In this document: in pieces, positions 28,696 through 39,884 of the stretch
Numbering within the stretch: position 1 is the stretch's first letter
How the letters are laid out: every line of letters begins with the position of its first letter
Assembly: GCA_033723415.1 (NCBI GenBank)
Contig: JAWVXD010000001.1
Span: 288,001-352,000 of the forward strand
Reading direction: 5' to 3'
DNA: 64,000 bases
From: Sulfurospirillaceae bacterium
GTDB lineage: Bacteria > Campylobacterota > Campylobacteria > Campylobacterales > Sulfurospirillaceae
Position numbers and translations under genes: made by a program
Notes under the pieces: model-generated
The model's database searches: none
What the model saw: only the letters and a program-made list of their open reading frames with translations
Told to the model about the DNA's origin: nothing

Positions 28696-29372
28696 TAGAG
28701 TATAAAACAGCATCAGCAGACAGCGTCATCGTATATTTTGGCAATGCGATATCCAGAGCCAACATAGATATAGTTTTAAATAATTATCTTCACTTGAAGC
28801 ATATGAAAATTGAAGGGATCATAGATATCATCCCTTCATATACTACTATATTGTTTCATTATGATCTGAAGATCTTTGATGAAAGTTCCATCATAGCGCT
28901 TTTGAAACAACATATCTCATTAGATATACAAATTGTAAAAGAAGAGGGTAGATTGGTTGAAGTACCCATTTATTACGATGAAGAAGTTGGATTTGATCTA
29001 GGAAGGATTTCTGAGTTATCAAACCTTAGCGTAGAAGAAATCATAGATATACACTCTAGTACGGAATATCTAGTATACACTATAGGATTTTTACCAGGAT
29101 TTGCGTATCTCGGAGAAGTTGACAAAAGAATTGCAACACCTAGACTAACAAGTCCACGAACAAAAATCCCAAAAGGAAGCCTAGGTATAGCAGATAACCA
29201 AAGTGCCATATATCCTGTTCAAAGTCCTGGTGGATGGAATATTATCGGACGGACCTATCTTGATATGTTTGATAAAAACTTAGATGGATTTTCATATTTA
29301 AATGTTGGAGATCGGGTGAAATTTGTGAGAATAAGCAGAGAAGAGTTTCTGAAAAACGGCGGTGTTATTTGA
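28692..29372 (+). CDS. pxpB: 5-oxoprolinase subunit B
   Basis: GFLPGFAYLG, SPGGWNIIGRT. Confidence 0.93.
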   Translation: MIEYKTASADSVIVYFGNAISRANIDIVLNNYLHLKHMKIEGIIDIIPSYTTILFHYDLKIFDESSIIALLKQHISLDIQIVKEEGRLVEVPIYYDEEVGFDLGRISELSNLSVEEIIDIHSSTEYLVYTIGFLPGFAYLGEVDKRIATPRLTSPRTKIPKGSLGIADNQSAIYPVQSPGGWNIIGRTYLDMFDKNLDGFSYLNVGDRVKFVRISREEFLKNGGVI

Positions 29373-30289
29373 GTTCTTTTAAAGTATTGGCAGGTGGACT
29401 TTTATCATTGATAGAAGATTTTGGAAGATTTGGATTGTGTGATAAAGGTATTTCAAATTCCGGTGTTATGGATGAGTATGCATATCAGATTGCAAATAAT
29501 CTACTGCAAAATCCACCAAATACAAACTGTATAGAAATCACTCTTGGCGGCCTTAAGTTGGAATGTGATGATTCTTGTACGATCAGTGTGACCGGAGCCG
29601 ATGCAAAATTTAGTATAAATTCTCAAGAAGTAGGTATCTGGAGAACGCACAATATCAAAAAAGGCGATATCTTAGAGTTCAAATTTGCTAAAGAAGGTGT
29701 TAGAAGCTATCTTTGCGTAAAAGGCGGATTTAACATAGCCAAAGAATTAGGAAGTAATTCTACAACGGTAAAAGAAGGTATCGGCGGCTTAAATGGTACT
29801 GGCTTGCAAAAAGATGACATATTGGAATTTACACAAACGAAAATACAAAGTTACAATACACTTTTCAAACATGACCTTGTACCTGTATATGAGGATAATC
29901 TAACCTTGAGAGTCGTCCTTGGCTATCAGGATTCATACTTTGACGATCAAGAGATTGAAAAGTTCTTCTCTCAAACATATACTATATCACCGGAAAACAA
30001 TCGGATGGGATATAAGCTAAAATCTGAGCCTATAGCATGTCAGATAGATGGGATCATATCGGAAGGTATCAGTTTTGGAGCCATTCAAATTCCAAAAGAC
30101 GGCCAGCCTATCATCTTACTAAAAGATAGGCAAACTATCGGTGGATACCCAAAGATCGGCTCAGTTTTGCCGATTGATTGTTTCAAACTTGCACAGATGA
30201 AAACAGGTTCTACTCTAAGATTTGAGAAGATAGGTATAAAAGATGCTCAGAACAAAATGAAAAAGTTCTATGATAGTTTAAAGTTTTAA
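29369..30289 (+). CDS. pxpC: 5-oxoprolinase subunit C
   Basis: EDFGRFG, NRMGY, GQPIILLKDRQTIGGYPKI. Confidence 0.93.
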   Translation: MSSFKVLAGGLLSLIEDFGRFGLCDKGISNSGVMDEYAYQIANNLLQNPPNTNCIEITLGGLKLECDDSCTISVTGADAKFSINSQEVGIWRTHNIKKGDILEFKFAKEGVRSYLCVKGGFNIAKELGSNSTTVKEGIGGLNGTGLQKDDILEFTQTKIQSYNTLFKHDLVPVYEDNLTLRVVLGYQDSYFDDQEIEKFFSQTYTISPENNRMGYKLKSEPIACQIDGIISEGISFGAIQIPKDGQPIILLKDRQTIGGYPKIGSVLPIDCFKLAQMKTGSTLRFEKIGIKDAQNKMKKFYDSLKF

Positions 30290-30735
30290 GCTTGTAGTTC
30301 TTCAAATCTTGTTTGTAAATCTTCTCTCATTTTCTCAGCGATAATATCACCGTTTTGTATGAAATCCTTCACAAACGTATCAAGATCGATAAGTATTTGC
30401 GCTAATTCAGACTCTAATTGTTCTTTGGTTCTATTCTTTGCCATAGCTGTTTCAAAAAATACCAGTTTTCTTATAAAATCAGATAATATCTCACCGGCTT
30501 CGTCCAATTTACTCATATCTTTTAATGAAAATATTACTTCATCTTGAGAAGCTTTATTTATATCTGCCCTGATATCTCTGATATAATCTTGTATATGAGC
30601 AGAGAAATCTCCGTATGCCTGACTTGGATTTATCAGTGTTTGCATGTCTATAGTATCAGTTACTTTTTTTATATTTTTTAGCATAATAAATACAATTAAG
30701 ATAGAGATAAAAATAACCGGTATAAGATTATTCAT
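30286..30735 (-). CDS. hypothetical protein with N-terminal membrane anchor
   Basis: 149-aa ORF, hydrophobic N-terminus, AAGG SD. Confidence 0.7.
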   Translation of the reverse strand: MNNLIPVIFISILIVFIMLKNIKKVTDTIDMQTLINPSQAYGDFSAHIQDYIRDIRADINKASQDEVIFSLKDMSKLDEAGEILSDFIRKLVFFETAMAKNRTKEQLESELAQILIDLDTFVKDFIQNGDIIAEKMREDLQTRFEELQA

Positions 30736-30777
30736 GATAAACCTTTTTTATATAATTTGATTAATTATAGCAATAAA

Positions 30778-30811
30778 TATAAAAAGTTGTCTTAGAAGAC
30801 AACTTTTTATA
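30778..30811 (-). terminator. stem-loop after amino-acid ABC operon
   Basis: TATAAAAAGTTGTCTT-ag-AAGACAACTTTTTATA inverted repeat. Confidence 0.7.
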
Positions 30812-30814
30812 AGA

Positions 30815-31561
30815 TTAATGTGAGAGAATTTGACTTAAAAATAGTTTCAATCTATCTGATTGAGGATTCCCAAAAAATTCTTCTGGATTATTTTCTTCTA
30901 TGATCTGTCCTGACTCCATAAAGATAACTCGATCAGCAACTTTTTTTGCAAATCCCATTTCATGAGTTACACAAACCATCGTTTTATCGCCTTTTGCCAA
31001 CTCTATCATAACATCCAACACTTCAGAGATCATTTCCGGATCAAGAGCACTTGTAGGCTCATCAAAAAGCATAATAGATGGATTTTTACAAAGACTTCTA
31101 GCTATAGCAACCCTTTGCTGTTGTCCACCTGAGAGTTGATTTGGATATTTTTTGGCTTGATCGGCTATACCGACTCTCTCCAAAAATTTCATAGCTGTTG
31201 CTATTGCTTCTTTCTTTGGTGTTTTTTTCACCCAGATCGGTGCAAGTGTCAAGTTATCCAATATTGTCAAGTGAGGGAAAAGGTTGAAGCTTTGAAATAC
31301 CATAGCAACATCTTCACGTATTGCTTTGATCTTTTTAACATCATCGCTCAATTCCACATCATTTACAACAATTTGTCCTTCTTGAAATTGTTCAAGATAG
31401 TTGATACATCTAACTAGTGTTGATTTTCCGCTTCCCGAAGGACCTGCTATGACAATAATCTCACCTTTTTTGACATTTAAATTTATATCTTTTAGTACGT
31501 GAAAATCACCATACCATTTGTTTAAATTTCTTATTTCTATGACATCATTTTTATTTTCCAT
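30815..31561 (-). CDS. polar amino acid ABC transporter ATP-binding protein (AapP-like)
   Basis: [41 protein letters not shown]. Confidence 0.93.
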   Translation of the reverse strand: MENKNDVIEIRNLNKWYGDFHVLKDINLNVKKGEIIVIAGPSGSGKSTLVRCINYLEQFQEGQIVVNDVELSDDVKKIKAIREDVAMVFQSFNLFPHLTILDNLTLAPIWVKKTPKKEAIATAMKFLERVGIADQAKKYPNQLSGGQQQRVAIARSLCKNPSIMLFDEPTSALDPEMISEVLDVMIELAKGDKTMVCVTHEMGFAKKVADRVIFMESGQIIEENNPEEFFGNPQSDRLKLFLSQILSH

Positions 31562-31569
31562 AATTTTCC

Positions 31570-32655
31570 CTAATTATTATTTGTATTAAATCTTTTTTCT
31601 AATGAATTGCTAAATCGTGACATTGCATAACAAAATGCCCAGAATATTATCGTTACAAATACATATCCTTCAGTTTCATGACCGAGCCAATGGGAATCAC
31701 TACTAGTCAACTGAACCATAGCCAATAAATCAAAAAGACCGATAATCATGACCAAAGTGGTATTTTGAAATAGCGATATAAATATACCGACTAAGTTTGG
31801 AATAGCGACCTTTAAAGCTTGAGGCATTATAACCAAAAGCATTTTTTGCCAGTATGACAATCCAACAGCATCTGCTGCTTCATATTGACCTGTCGGTATC
31901 GCTTGTATTCCACCTCGAATTGCTTCTGCGACATATGCTGATTCAAAGATAATCAAACCGACGAGTGCACGAAGTAGTTTGTCAAAAGTCACTCCTTCAG
32001 GTAAAAACAATGGCAAGATAACGGCAGACATAAATAGTACTGTAATGAGTGGTACAGCTCTTATAACTTCTATATACGTAACACTTATGCTTTTGATGAT
32101 CGGTAGATCTGATTTTCTTCCAAGTGCGAACAAAACCCCAACCGGAAATGAGAAAAGAATACCAACAGCAGACACGACTATAGTCAGCATGAGGCCTCCC
32201 CATTTATTATAATTGACACCATCTAAGCCAAAAATGCCGCCTCTTATCAATATATATGCTACTATAAAATATAGTGTTGCGACTGCTATCTTTGGTACAC
32301 CGTGTTTGAAGTATTTGAAAGCAGCGATAACTACAACAAACAGTCCATAAGCTAGATTAACTCTCCAACGATCTACTTCAGGATAAAAACCGTACATAAA
32401 CATACTTAATTTTACTTTGATAAAAACCCAGCAAGCGCCGCTTCCGGTACAAACATCACTCGTTGTTCCTTTAAAATGTGCATCTACGACCGCCCACTTA
32501 ATAAAAGGAGGGATAATAGTCAACAAAAGAGCGATTCCTAGTATTGTAAGAGCAACATTTAACGGAGATGAAAAAAGATTTTCTCTCATCCATAACACGA
32601 TGCCTCTAGAACTTAAAGGGGCATCTCTTGTTTCAATTTTTTTATAAACAGCCAC
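31570..32655 (-). CDS. amino acid ABC transporter permease (AapM-like)
   Basis: [24 protein letters not shown] loop. Confidence 0.9.
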   Translation of the reverse strand: MAVYKKIETRDAPLSSRGIVLWMRENLFSSPLNVALTILGIALLLTIIPPFIKWAVVDAHFKGTTSDVCTGSGACWVFIKVKLSMFMYGFYPEVDRWRVNLAYGLFVVVIAAFKYFKHGVPKIAVATLYFIVAYILIRGGIFGLDGVNYNKWGGLMLTIVVSAVGILFSFPVGVLFALGRKSDLPIIKSISVTYIEVIRAVPLITVLFMSAVILPLFLPEGVTFDKLLRALVGLIIFESAYVAEAIRGGIQAIPTGQYEAADAVGLSYWQKMLLVIMPQALKVAIPNLVGIFISLFQNTTLVMIIGLFDLLAMVQLTSSDSHWLGHETEGYVFVTIIFWAFCYAMSRFSNSLEKRFNTNNN

Positions 32656-32656
32656 T

Positions 32657-33811
32657 TTATCTTTCCTTAATTTTCATTTTAAAATTTATCCAGTTTAATA
32701 AAGCAGATACTACAAGACTTATTACTAGATATACCAACATAGTTATCGCGATGATCTCTATCGCTTGACCGACCTGATTTAGCGTTGTTCCGGCAAAAAC
32801 AGTGACAATTTCCGGATATCCTATAGCTGTTGCTAGAGAGGAGTTTTTTAAGATATTTAAATATTGATTTATAGTCGGCGGAATCGCTATCCTGATTGCT
32901 TGTGGCAAAATAACTAATTTTAATGCCTGATAGTGAGATAAACCAATCGAAGCTGCTGCTTCTTTTTGTCCTTTGTTGACAGCTTCTATACCACTTCTAA
33001 CCGCTTCAGCTATAAAAGTAGCCGTATAGATTGTCAGTGCAAGCGTTAGTGCAACAAATTCAGGATAAAAATGTTTTCCATCTTGAAAACTAAAACCTTG
33101 TAAATGAGGAAGTGAAAAATTAAAGTTCGCACCACCAAGAAAATATGCTATTATCGGAACAACAATCAACAATCCAACAGCTGTTAAAAGAACAGGAAAT
33201 TCTTCTCCTGTTAATTCTTGTCTTTTATCTGCCCATTTATTTAGGAAAAATGTAAAAACAAGAACAGCAAATATTGAAACCATTATTGTGATAGTTGTCG
33301 AGTTTAGGGAAGGTTGCGGAATATACAATCCACGATTATTTATAAAAATATCACCAAATAATTGAATACTCTGCCGTGGTGAGGGAAGAGATCTGAGAAC
33401 AACGTTGTACCAAAAAAGTATCTGTAATAATACAGGGATGTTTCTAAACATTTCAATATAAGCTAATGAAAGTTTTCGTATCAACCAGTTCTTTGAAAGT
33501 CTAAGAACACCAAGGATCAATCCAAGTATCGTTGCTAGGATCATAGAAACAAAAGTAACTATTAATGTATTTAATAAACCAACGTAAAATACTCTAGCAT
33601 AAGTATCTGAAGGATTATAAGAAATAGGAGAATCATCTATACCAAATCCTGCTGTTCCACCAAAAAAACCAAAACCTGTTCGTATGCCTCTTTGTTCTAT
33701 ATTGTGTGAAGTGTTCGTTCCAATATACCACATAAAAGCTACAACAATTATAACCGTAATAAGTTGAAAGAGATATCCTCTAACCTTTCTATCGCGCAAA
33801 AATGCTAACAT
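32657..33811 (-). CDS. amino acid ABC transporter permease (AapQ-like)
   Basis: FRNIPVLLQ, AEAVRSGI..GQKEAAASIGL; ATG 33811 follows AGGAA (ORF track extends to 33853). Confidence 0.9.
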   Translation of the reverse strand: MLAFLRDRKVRGYLFQLITVIIVVAFMWYIGTNTSHNIEQRGIRTGFGFFGGTAGFGIDDSPISYNPSDTYARVFYVGLLNTLIVTFVSMILATILGLILGVLRLSKNWLIRKLSLAYIEMFRNIPVLLQILFWYNVVLRSLPSPRQSIQLFGDIFINNRGLYIPQPSLNSTTITIMVSIFAVLVFTFFLNKWADKRQELTGEEFPVLLTAVGLLIVVPIIAYFLGGANFNFSLPHLQGFSFQDGKHFYPEFVALTLALTIYTATFIAEAVRSGIEAVNKGQKEAAASIGLSHYQALKLVILPQAIRIAIPPTINQYLNILKNSSLATAIGYPEIVTVFAGTTLNQVGQAIEIIAITMLVYLVISLVVSALLNWINFKMKIKER

Positions 33812-33832
33812 TCTATTCCTTTTTCTTGAGTC

Positions 33833-33851
33833 GGGCAGGAAAATCCTGCCC
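33833..33851 (-). terminator. intercistronic hairpin after the substrate-binding protein gene
   Basis: GGGCAGGA-aaa-TCCTGCCC. Confidence 0.6.
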
Positions 33852-33868
33852 ACAATATAAAAATATTA

Positions 33869-34894
33869 TTATTTGAATGGAGGTGAGTATTGAAGTCCAC
33901 CGTCTTTCCATTGCGCGTTTAGACCTCTTTTGATTTTAAGAGGTGATCCCATACCAACATTTCTGTAGTATGACTCGCCATAGTTTCCTACTTGCTTGAT
34001 GATATTGTAAGCCCAGTCTTTACTTAAGCCTAGATTTTCACCAAGTCTTCCTTCAACACCTAAGATTCTTTTGATAGCAGGATCTTTTGTTGTTGCTTTT
34101 AGCTTATCAACATTTTTGCTAGTAATTCCGTGCTCTTCTGCAGCAACCATAGCATTGTAAGACCATTTTACTATATTAAACCATTTGTCATCACCTTGTC
34201 TAACAACAGGTCCTAAAGGCTCTTTTGAAATGATTTGTGGAAGTATTACAGATCCGCTAGGATTTTTTAGTGTTGTTTGTAATGCATGTAACTGAGAAGA
34301 ATCTGAAGTCATAACATCACATCTACCACTTTCATATCCATTTCTTACTTGTGCAGTAGTATCATAAGAAACTGACTGATACTTCATACCATGTGATGCA
34401 AAATAGCTAGCTAGATTAAGCTCTGTTGTAGTACCTGCTTGTACACATACTGCAGCACCATTTAACTCTAAAGCACTTTTTACGCCAAGAGATTTATGAA
34501 CCATAAATGCTTGTCCATCGTAGAAGTTTACACCGGCAAAATTTAAACCTAAAGAAGAATCTCTAGTTTCTGTCCATGTTGTATTTCTAGAAAGAATGTC
34601 TACTTCACCACTTTGAAGTGCCGTAAATCTTTCTTTTGCTGTTAATGGTGTATATCTTACTTTTGAAGCATCTCCAAGAACAGCTGCTGCAACTGCTCTA
34701 CACACATCAACATCTATTCCACTCCATACACCGGCTGCATTTGCAGATGAGAATCCAGGAAGTCCTGTATTTACACCACATTTTACGAAACCTGCTTTTT
34801 GAACATCACTGAATGTATCAGCTTTGACAACCGAGGCACTTAGCCCCATTACTGCTACTGCAACTAGTGCAACATTAGCAATCTTTGTTTTCAT
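33869..34894 (-). CDS. general L-amino acid ABC transporter substrate-binding protein (AapJ/BztA-like)
   Basis: CGVNTGLPGF, RFTALQSGEVDILSRNTTWT, ISKEPLGP, VGNYGE. Confidence 0.93.
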   Translation of the reverse strand: MKTKIANVALVAVAVMGLSASVVKADTFSDVQKAGFVKCGVNTGLPGFSSANAAGVWSGIDVDVCRAVAAAVLGDASKVRYTPLTAKERFTALQSGEVDILSRNTTWTETRDSSLGLNFAGVNFYDGQAFMVHKSLGVKSALELNGAAVCVQAGTTTELNLASYFASHGMKYQSVSYDTTAQVRNGYESGRCDVMTSDSSQLHALQTTLKNPSGSVILPQIISKEPLGPVVRQGDDKWFNIVKWSYNAMVAAEEHGITSKNVDKLKATTKDPAIKRILGVEGRLGENLGLSKDWAYNIIKQVGNYGESYYRNVGMGSPLKIKRGLNAQWKDGGLQYSPPFK

Positions 34895-35082
34895 GAATCT
34901 CCTTCAAAAATAAATTTTAGATTGTGATTATAGTATATGAGCAACAATATAATTTGCTGCCCTAGACTATAACCACACACCTTGCTATTACTGTACCTTC
35001 TTTTTTTTTAACAAATGTTGAAAAAGTGTATTTACTCTAACTTTGTTTTCCCAGATGTTCCTCAAAGTTACAAGAAGAATAT

Positions 35083-36003
35083 TTATTTCTTTTTAATTTT
35101 CCTTGCTGATCTAGAATCCATTGAAAATACGATAAGAGCAAGCCATATCAAAGCAAAAGTCAGGAATTTTTTATGATCAAATGGCTCATGATAAACAAAA
35201 ATTCCAAGTAGAAAAGAGATGCTTGGGGCGATATATTGAGCAAAACCAAGCTTTGTCAGAGATATTCTTGTAGCTGCAGCATTGAACCATAAAAGAGGCA
35301 CCACGGTTATAAACCCGGCACTTATCAAGATCAGTGAAATATAATCAAATGAAAAATCAAATTTATTTTGTGATGTATGCACTAGATATGCAAAGTACAA
35401 AAGTGCAAATGGCAATATAAGCAAGGTCTCTATAAATAATCCTGAAACAGATGGTAGAGAAATTTTTTTTCTAAGCATTCCATAAAATGCAAATAATGAA
35501 GCTAAAGACAAAGATACAAGAGGAATTGAACCAACAGATATCAATTCGTTTAGAATTGCGAGTCCAGCGAGTGCTATGGCTATCTTTTGTAGTTTTGATG
35601 GAATTTCATCAAAAAATATTATGCCAAGAATTATACTGAGAATAGGATTGATATAGTACCCCAAGCTTGCTTCTGTGATCATATTGTGCGAAACAGACCA
35701 TATAAATATTAGCCAATTTGATGAAATCAATACAGAAGTGATCATGAGAATTTTTAGTTTATGCCAATCCTTCAAAATTAACTTGACCTGCGCTGATTGT
35801 TTGCTGTATACGATCAGTATTGAAAGAAAAACAACCGACCAAAAAATTCTGTGCACCAAAACTTCAGATGCTAGTACGGAGCTTGTAAGCTTAAAATAAA
35901 TAGGCACAAGACCCCAAAAAATAAATGCAGCCAGTGCGTATAATATACCTTTTCCCTCTTCATTAGCAGTTTGCAAAGAAATCCTTAAAATTTTTTTGGA
36001 CAT
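35083..36003 (-). CDS. rarD: EamA-family transporter RarD
   Basis: WGLVPIYF, HRIFWS, EASLGYYINP, QYIAPS. Confidence 0.92.
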   Translation of the reverse strand: MSKKILRISLQTANEEGKGILYALAAFIFWGLVPIYFKLTSSVLASEVLVHRIFWSVVFLSILIVYSKQSAQVKLILKDWHKLKILMITSVLISSNWLIFIWSVSHNMITEASLGYYINPILSIILGIIFFDEIPSKLQKIAIALAGLAILNELISVGSIPLVSLSLASLFAFYGMLRKKISLPSVSGLFIETLLILPFALLYFAYLVHTSQNKFDFSFDYISLILISAGFITVVPLLWFNAAATRISLTKLGFAQYIAPSISFLLGIFVYHEPFDHKKFLTFALIWLALIVFSMDSRSARKIKKK

Positions 36004-36074
36004 TTTACTATTGTTTTCTTAATTCTAAAGTTTAAAACTGTATAATGCAAACACTAAATTGAAGTAGAGGTAAA

Positions 36075-37451
36075 TTGATTATGGAAGAATGGAATAAAAC
36101 TTCTTGGAGAAATAAAAATATCAAGCAACAGCCGACTTATCCAGATAAAGCCGAGTTAGAGAGAGTTGAAAAAGAATTAAGCAAATTTCCTCCTCTTGTT
36201 TTTGCAGGAGAAGTAAAAAATCTTAAAAACGAATTAGCTAGAGTCTGTGATGGAAAAGCATTCCTGTTACAAGGAGGAGACTGTGCTGAAAGTTTTGCTG
36301 AATTTAATGCTGACAACATAAGAGATATGTTTAAGGTCATGATGCAAATGGCAGTAGTACTGACTTTTGCAGGAGGATGCCCTGTTGTTAAAGTCGGAAG
36401 ATTAGCAGGTCAATTTGCAAAGCCTAGATCAAGTGATTTTGAAGAAGTGGAGGGTGTAAAATTACCTAGTTATAGAGGAGATATCATCAATGACAATGAC
36501 TTTAACGAAGCTTCCAGAATTCCTGACCCTAGCCGGATGATCAAAGCCTATAATCAATCTGCTGCGACTATGAATTTACTTCGAGCATTTGCTAGAGGCG
36601 GTTTGGCAGATCTTCATAAGGTTCATAAATGGAACCTTGGATTCGTAAAAGACAATGCTCTTGGCGGCAAATACGAAGCATTAGCGCATAAGATCACAGA
36701 AACTTTAGAGTTCATGGAAGCATGTGGAATTACTTCTGAAAATACACCTATGATCAATGAAACCGTACTTTATACCTCACATGAAGCTTTACTTTTAAAC
36801 AGTGAAGAAGCACTGACAAGACAAGATAGTCTCAGCGGCGATTGGGTTGACTGCTCCGCGCATATGCTTTGGATCGGTGATAGAACACGTGATGTCAATG
36901 ACGCTCATGTCGAATTTCTAAGAGGCGTTATCAATCCTGTCGGTATCAAAGCAGGTCCAAGTATCACACCGGATGAACTTTTGGCTTTGATCGAGCGATT
37001 AAATCCAAACAACGAAGCAGGACGCATAAATATCATCATCAGAATGGGTGCCGATAAGATAGAATCTGAACTTCCAAAACTGATCCGTGCTGTAAAAGAG
37101 AGCGGTAAAAAAGTCATCTGGAGTATTGATCCTATGCATGGCAATACGATCAAAGCTTCAAATAACTACAAAACACGAATATTTGATGAAATCTTGCGTG
37201 AAGTAAAAGGTTTCTTTAAAGTTCACAAACAAGAAGGCACATTCCCTGGAGGCGTGCACCTTGAAATGACGGGACAAGATGTCACAGAATGTGTCGGTGG
37301 TGTTGCAGATGTCACAGAAGATACTCTGAGTTCAAGATACAATACCAACTGTGACCCAAGACTAAATGCAGATCAAGCACTGGAATTAGCATTTTTGATA
37401 GCCGAATCGCTAAAAGAAGCAAAAGATAGAATGAAAACACAAAAAAGTTAA
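36075..37451 (+). CDS. class II DAHP synthase
   Basis: [43 protein letters not shown]. Confidence 0.96.
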   Translation: MIMEEWNKTSWRNKNIKQQPTYPDKAELERVEKELSKFPPLVFAGEVKNLKNELARVCDGKAFLLQGGDCAESFAEFNADNIRDMFKVMMQMAVVLTFAGGCPVVKVGRLAGQFAKPRSSDFEEVEGVKLPSYRGDIINDNDFNEASRIPDPSRMIKAYNQSAATMNLLRAFARGGLADLHKVHKWNLGFVKDNALGGKYEALAHKITETLEFMEACGITSENTPMINETVLYTSHEALLLNSEEALTRQDSLSGDWVDCSAHMLWIGDRTRDVNDAHVEFLRGVINPVGIKAGPSITPDELLALIERLNPNNEAGRINIIIRMGADKIESELPKLIRAVKESGKKVIWSIDPMHGNTIKASNNYKTRIFDEILREVKGFFKVHKQEGTFPGGVHLEMTGQDVTECVGGVADVTEDTLSSRYNTNCDPRLNADQALELAFLIAESLKEAKDRMKTQKS

Positions 37452-37468
37452 TTTTTCTACAAGATAGC

Positions 37469-37504
37469 GGGATATGTTCACATTAGAGATCGTGAACATA
37501 TCCC
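37469..37504 (+). terminator. stem-loop after DAHP synthase
   Basis: GGGATATGTTCAC...GTGAACATATCCC 13-bp perfect inverted repeat. Confidence 0.65.
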
Positions 37505-37544
37505 AAAAACTACTTTACGAGCAGTGATAGGAGCTTTGCCCTAT

Positions 37545-38510
37545 ATGAAAAGATTTTTTTTGGCGATTGTTATATTGTCAGGCATTTTATTTGCAAGCGA
37601 TCATTACCCCTCAAAGCCCATCAATTTTGTCGTTGGATTAGGCAAAGGAGGTAGTGCTGATCGTATGGCCCGCAATATGGGTATTTTTCTAGAACAAGAA
37701 CTCCATACGCCGATTCATATCATCAATAAAAGTAACAATGCCTCTTTAGATGCTGCCAATTATGTTTTATCGCAACCACCTGATGGTTATACGGTTTTTG
37801 TTTCTTCCTTTTCTCCATACCTTATCAATACAATTGTGACCGGCAAAGCTAGGTATTCGTTGGATGATTTTGCATTTATCAATTTGCAATGGTTTGACTA
37901 TGATCTGTTCTTGGTTGACAAAAATTCTAAGATCAAATCAATTATGGGACTGATTCATCAAATCAAAGAACATCCGGGATCTATCAGAGTTGCAGTTGTA
38001 TATCAATCAAGCGGTCATTTGATCATGAAATTATTGCTAAAAACATTTAAAATACCTCTGAGCAGTATTAGATTTGAATTTTTTAAAGGAGGCAAGCTGG
38101 CACGAGAAGCATTATTGAAGTCTAAAGCTGATTTACTAGTGATTTCAGCACAAGGCAGTGAGCGATATAGGAAAGAGATCAAACCTTTAGCAATCGTATC
38201 AAACAAAAAATCTAGAAGATGGGATGCTCCGACACTAAATCATGCCATATCAAAAAGCTATATGCATATTCCAGTGCTCAATGGACCAATCAAAGGGTTT
38301 GCAGTCTCTAAAAAATTCAAAAAAAAGTATCCAAAAAGATACTTGATATTAGAAAATGCTATCAAAAAAGTATTGGCTGAAGTTAGAGTTCAAAAAATGT
38401 TAAAAGAGAAACATATCGGATCAGTTTGGATAGGAAGCAGAACATCTACGAAAATATTAAAAGATCAGTATGACTTTTTTGAGAAGCATAAGGATCTTTT
38501 AAAAGATTAA
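37545..38510 (+). CDS. tripartite tricarboxylate transporter substrate-binding protein (TctC/Bug family)
   Basis: Signal peptide, YPSKPINFVV..GGSADRMAR, PPDGYT; ATG 37545 preferred. Confidence 0.85.
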   Translation: MKRFFLAIVILSGILFASDHYPSKPINFVVGLGKGGSADRMARNMGIFLEQELHTPIHIINKSNNASLDAANYVLSQPPDGYTVFVSSFSPYLINTIVTGKARYSLDDFAFINLQWFDYDLFLVDKNSKIKSIMGLIHQIKEHPGSIRVAVVYQSSGHLIMKLLLKTFKIPLSSIRFEFFKGGKLAREALLKSKADLLVISAQGSERYRKEIKPLAIVSNKKSRRWDAPTLNHAISKSYMHIPVLNGPIKGFAVSKKFKKKYPKRYLILENAIKKVLAEVRVQKMLKEKHIGSVWIGSRTSTKILKDQYDFFEKHKDLLKD

Positions 38511-38512
38511 AT

Positions 38513-39883
38513 TTAACTTTCGGGGTATGGAAATATGATAGAAATCTTTAGTCCATTGTCATTGCTTGCCAAAACTTCTGCATTATGCAGTATTGCTATT
38601 TGTTTGACTATGCTGAGTCCCAAACCGGAACCGTTTTTCTTTAAATCCACTCTATAATATCTCTGGAAAATATTTTCCAAGAGCTCTTCTTTGACACCTT
38701 TTCCTTCATCTTTGACGTTTAGCCAAATCGCGTTGTTATGTCTTTGTATAGAAAGTGTGATTTTCCCCATTGGATTGCCGTTTTTATCAACAGCATAATG
38801 TAAGGAATTGTTGATAATATTGTCAAGCATACTCTCTAATATAATAGGATCTGTTTTTATAAATACTTTTTCATCTAAATCTTCAAATTCAAATTCAAAA
38901 CCTTTATGATATATTCTTGGCGCAGTTTTAACGCAATAATCTTTACAAATTTGATTTAAATTTGCCTTTTTAAGTCTTGTCAGATTGATCGTATTAGGGT
39001 TTGTCTTCGCGTAAAGCAGAAGCTGCTCGATAATATGTGACATATCATTGATGTGTGCGTTTAAAACGATGTACTTTTGATCTTTCTTTTCAAAAAATTC
39101 TTCAAGCTCCATTTTCATCTCAGCCAAAGGAGTTCTTAGTTGATGCGAGACATCAGAGTTAAACTGCTCTATATATTCGATATTATCTCTGCTTCGCTCT
39201 AGCAAAATATTGATGCTGTTAACCACATCCTCGATCTCTTTTGGAGCTTGAAATTCGAAAGGAGTCAAGTCTCGTTTGTCTCTTTGGCGGATACTTCTTT
39301 TGAGTGATACCAACGGTTTTAATCCGACATTGACTGCAATCAATGTGATGATAATAGTAAAGAGCGAAACCAAGCTCATGATGATTAAAGTTGTATTGAT
39401 AAGTTCTCTGATGTTTTCCGCCCGCTCATAATAACTCTCTGCGATCGAGATGTATGCGGTGTACACTTTCCCGGAGCTATTGATAGTGGTTTTGTACGAG
39501 ACGACTCTTAACTTTTCACCGTCATATATCTTGTCATAAAATCTTTTATTTTGTTTTGCTAAAAGATTTTTATTGAATAAAAATTGATACCCGATCAATA
39601 GATCACCTTTATCATCGACTACCGAATAATACATTAAACCGTTTTTTGTCGGTGAAAGATAATCAATCGAGAAATTTTGAAAATCAATAATCAGTTTTCC
39701 ATTTTCTACACCGATGTAGTCTTCTATACTTTGGGCAGATGCAAAGAGTCTATTGTCAAAAAAAGTGTTGACCTTAGCTCTTAGAAAGCTGTTGATATAG
39801 ATGAAAAGAAAAAAAGAAAAAAGGCTCAGCGGAACGATAAGCCATAAAATTAGACGTGATTTGACAGAAGGTGCTTGTACCAT
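38513..39883 (-). CDS. sensor histidine kinase, TctE-like
   Basis: FDNRLFASA periplasmic start, HQLRTPL, NIINN, GSGLGL. Confidence 0.88.
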   Translation of the reverse strand: MVQAPSVKSRLILWLIVPLSLFSFFLFIYINSFLRAKVNTFFDNRLFASAQSIEDYIGVENGKLIIDFQNFSIDYLSPTKNGLMYYSVVDDKGDLLIGYQFLFNKNLLAKQNKRFYDKIYDGEKLRVVSYKTTINSSGKVYTAYISIAESYYERAENIRELINTTLIIMSLVSLFTIIITLIAVNVGLKPLVSLKRSIRQRDKRDLTPFEFQAPKEIEDVVNSINILLERSRDNIEYIEQFNSDVSHQLRTPLAEMKMELEEFFEKKDQKYIVLNAHINDMSHIIEQLLLYAKTNPNTINLTRLKKANLNQICKDYCVKTAPRIYHKGFEFEFEDLDEKVFIKTDPIILESMLDNIINNSLHYAVDKNGNPMGKITLSIQRHNNAIWLNVKDEGKGVKEELLENIFQRYYRVDLKKNGSGLGLSIVKQIAILHNAEVLASNDNGLKISIIFPYPES

Positions 39884-39884
39884 A

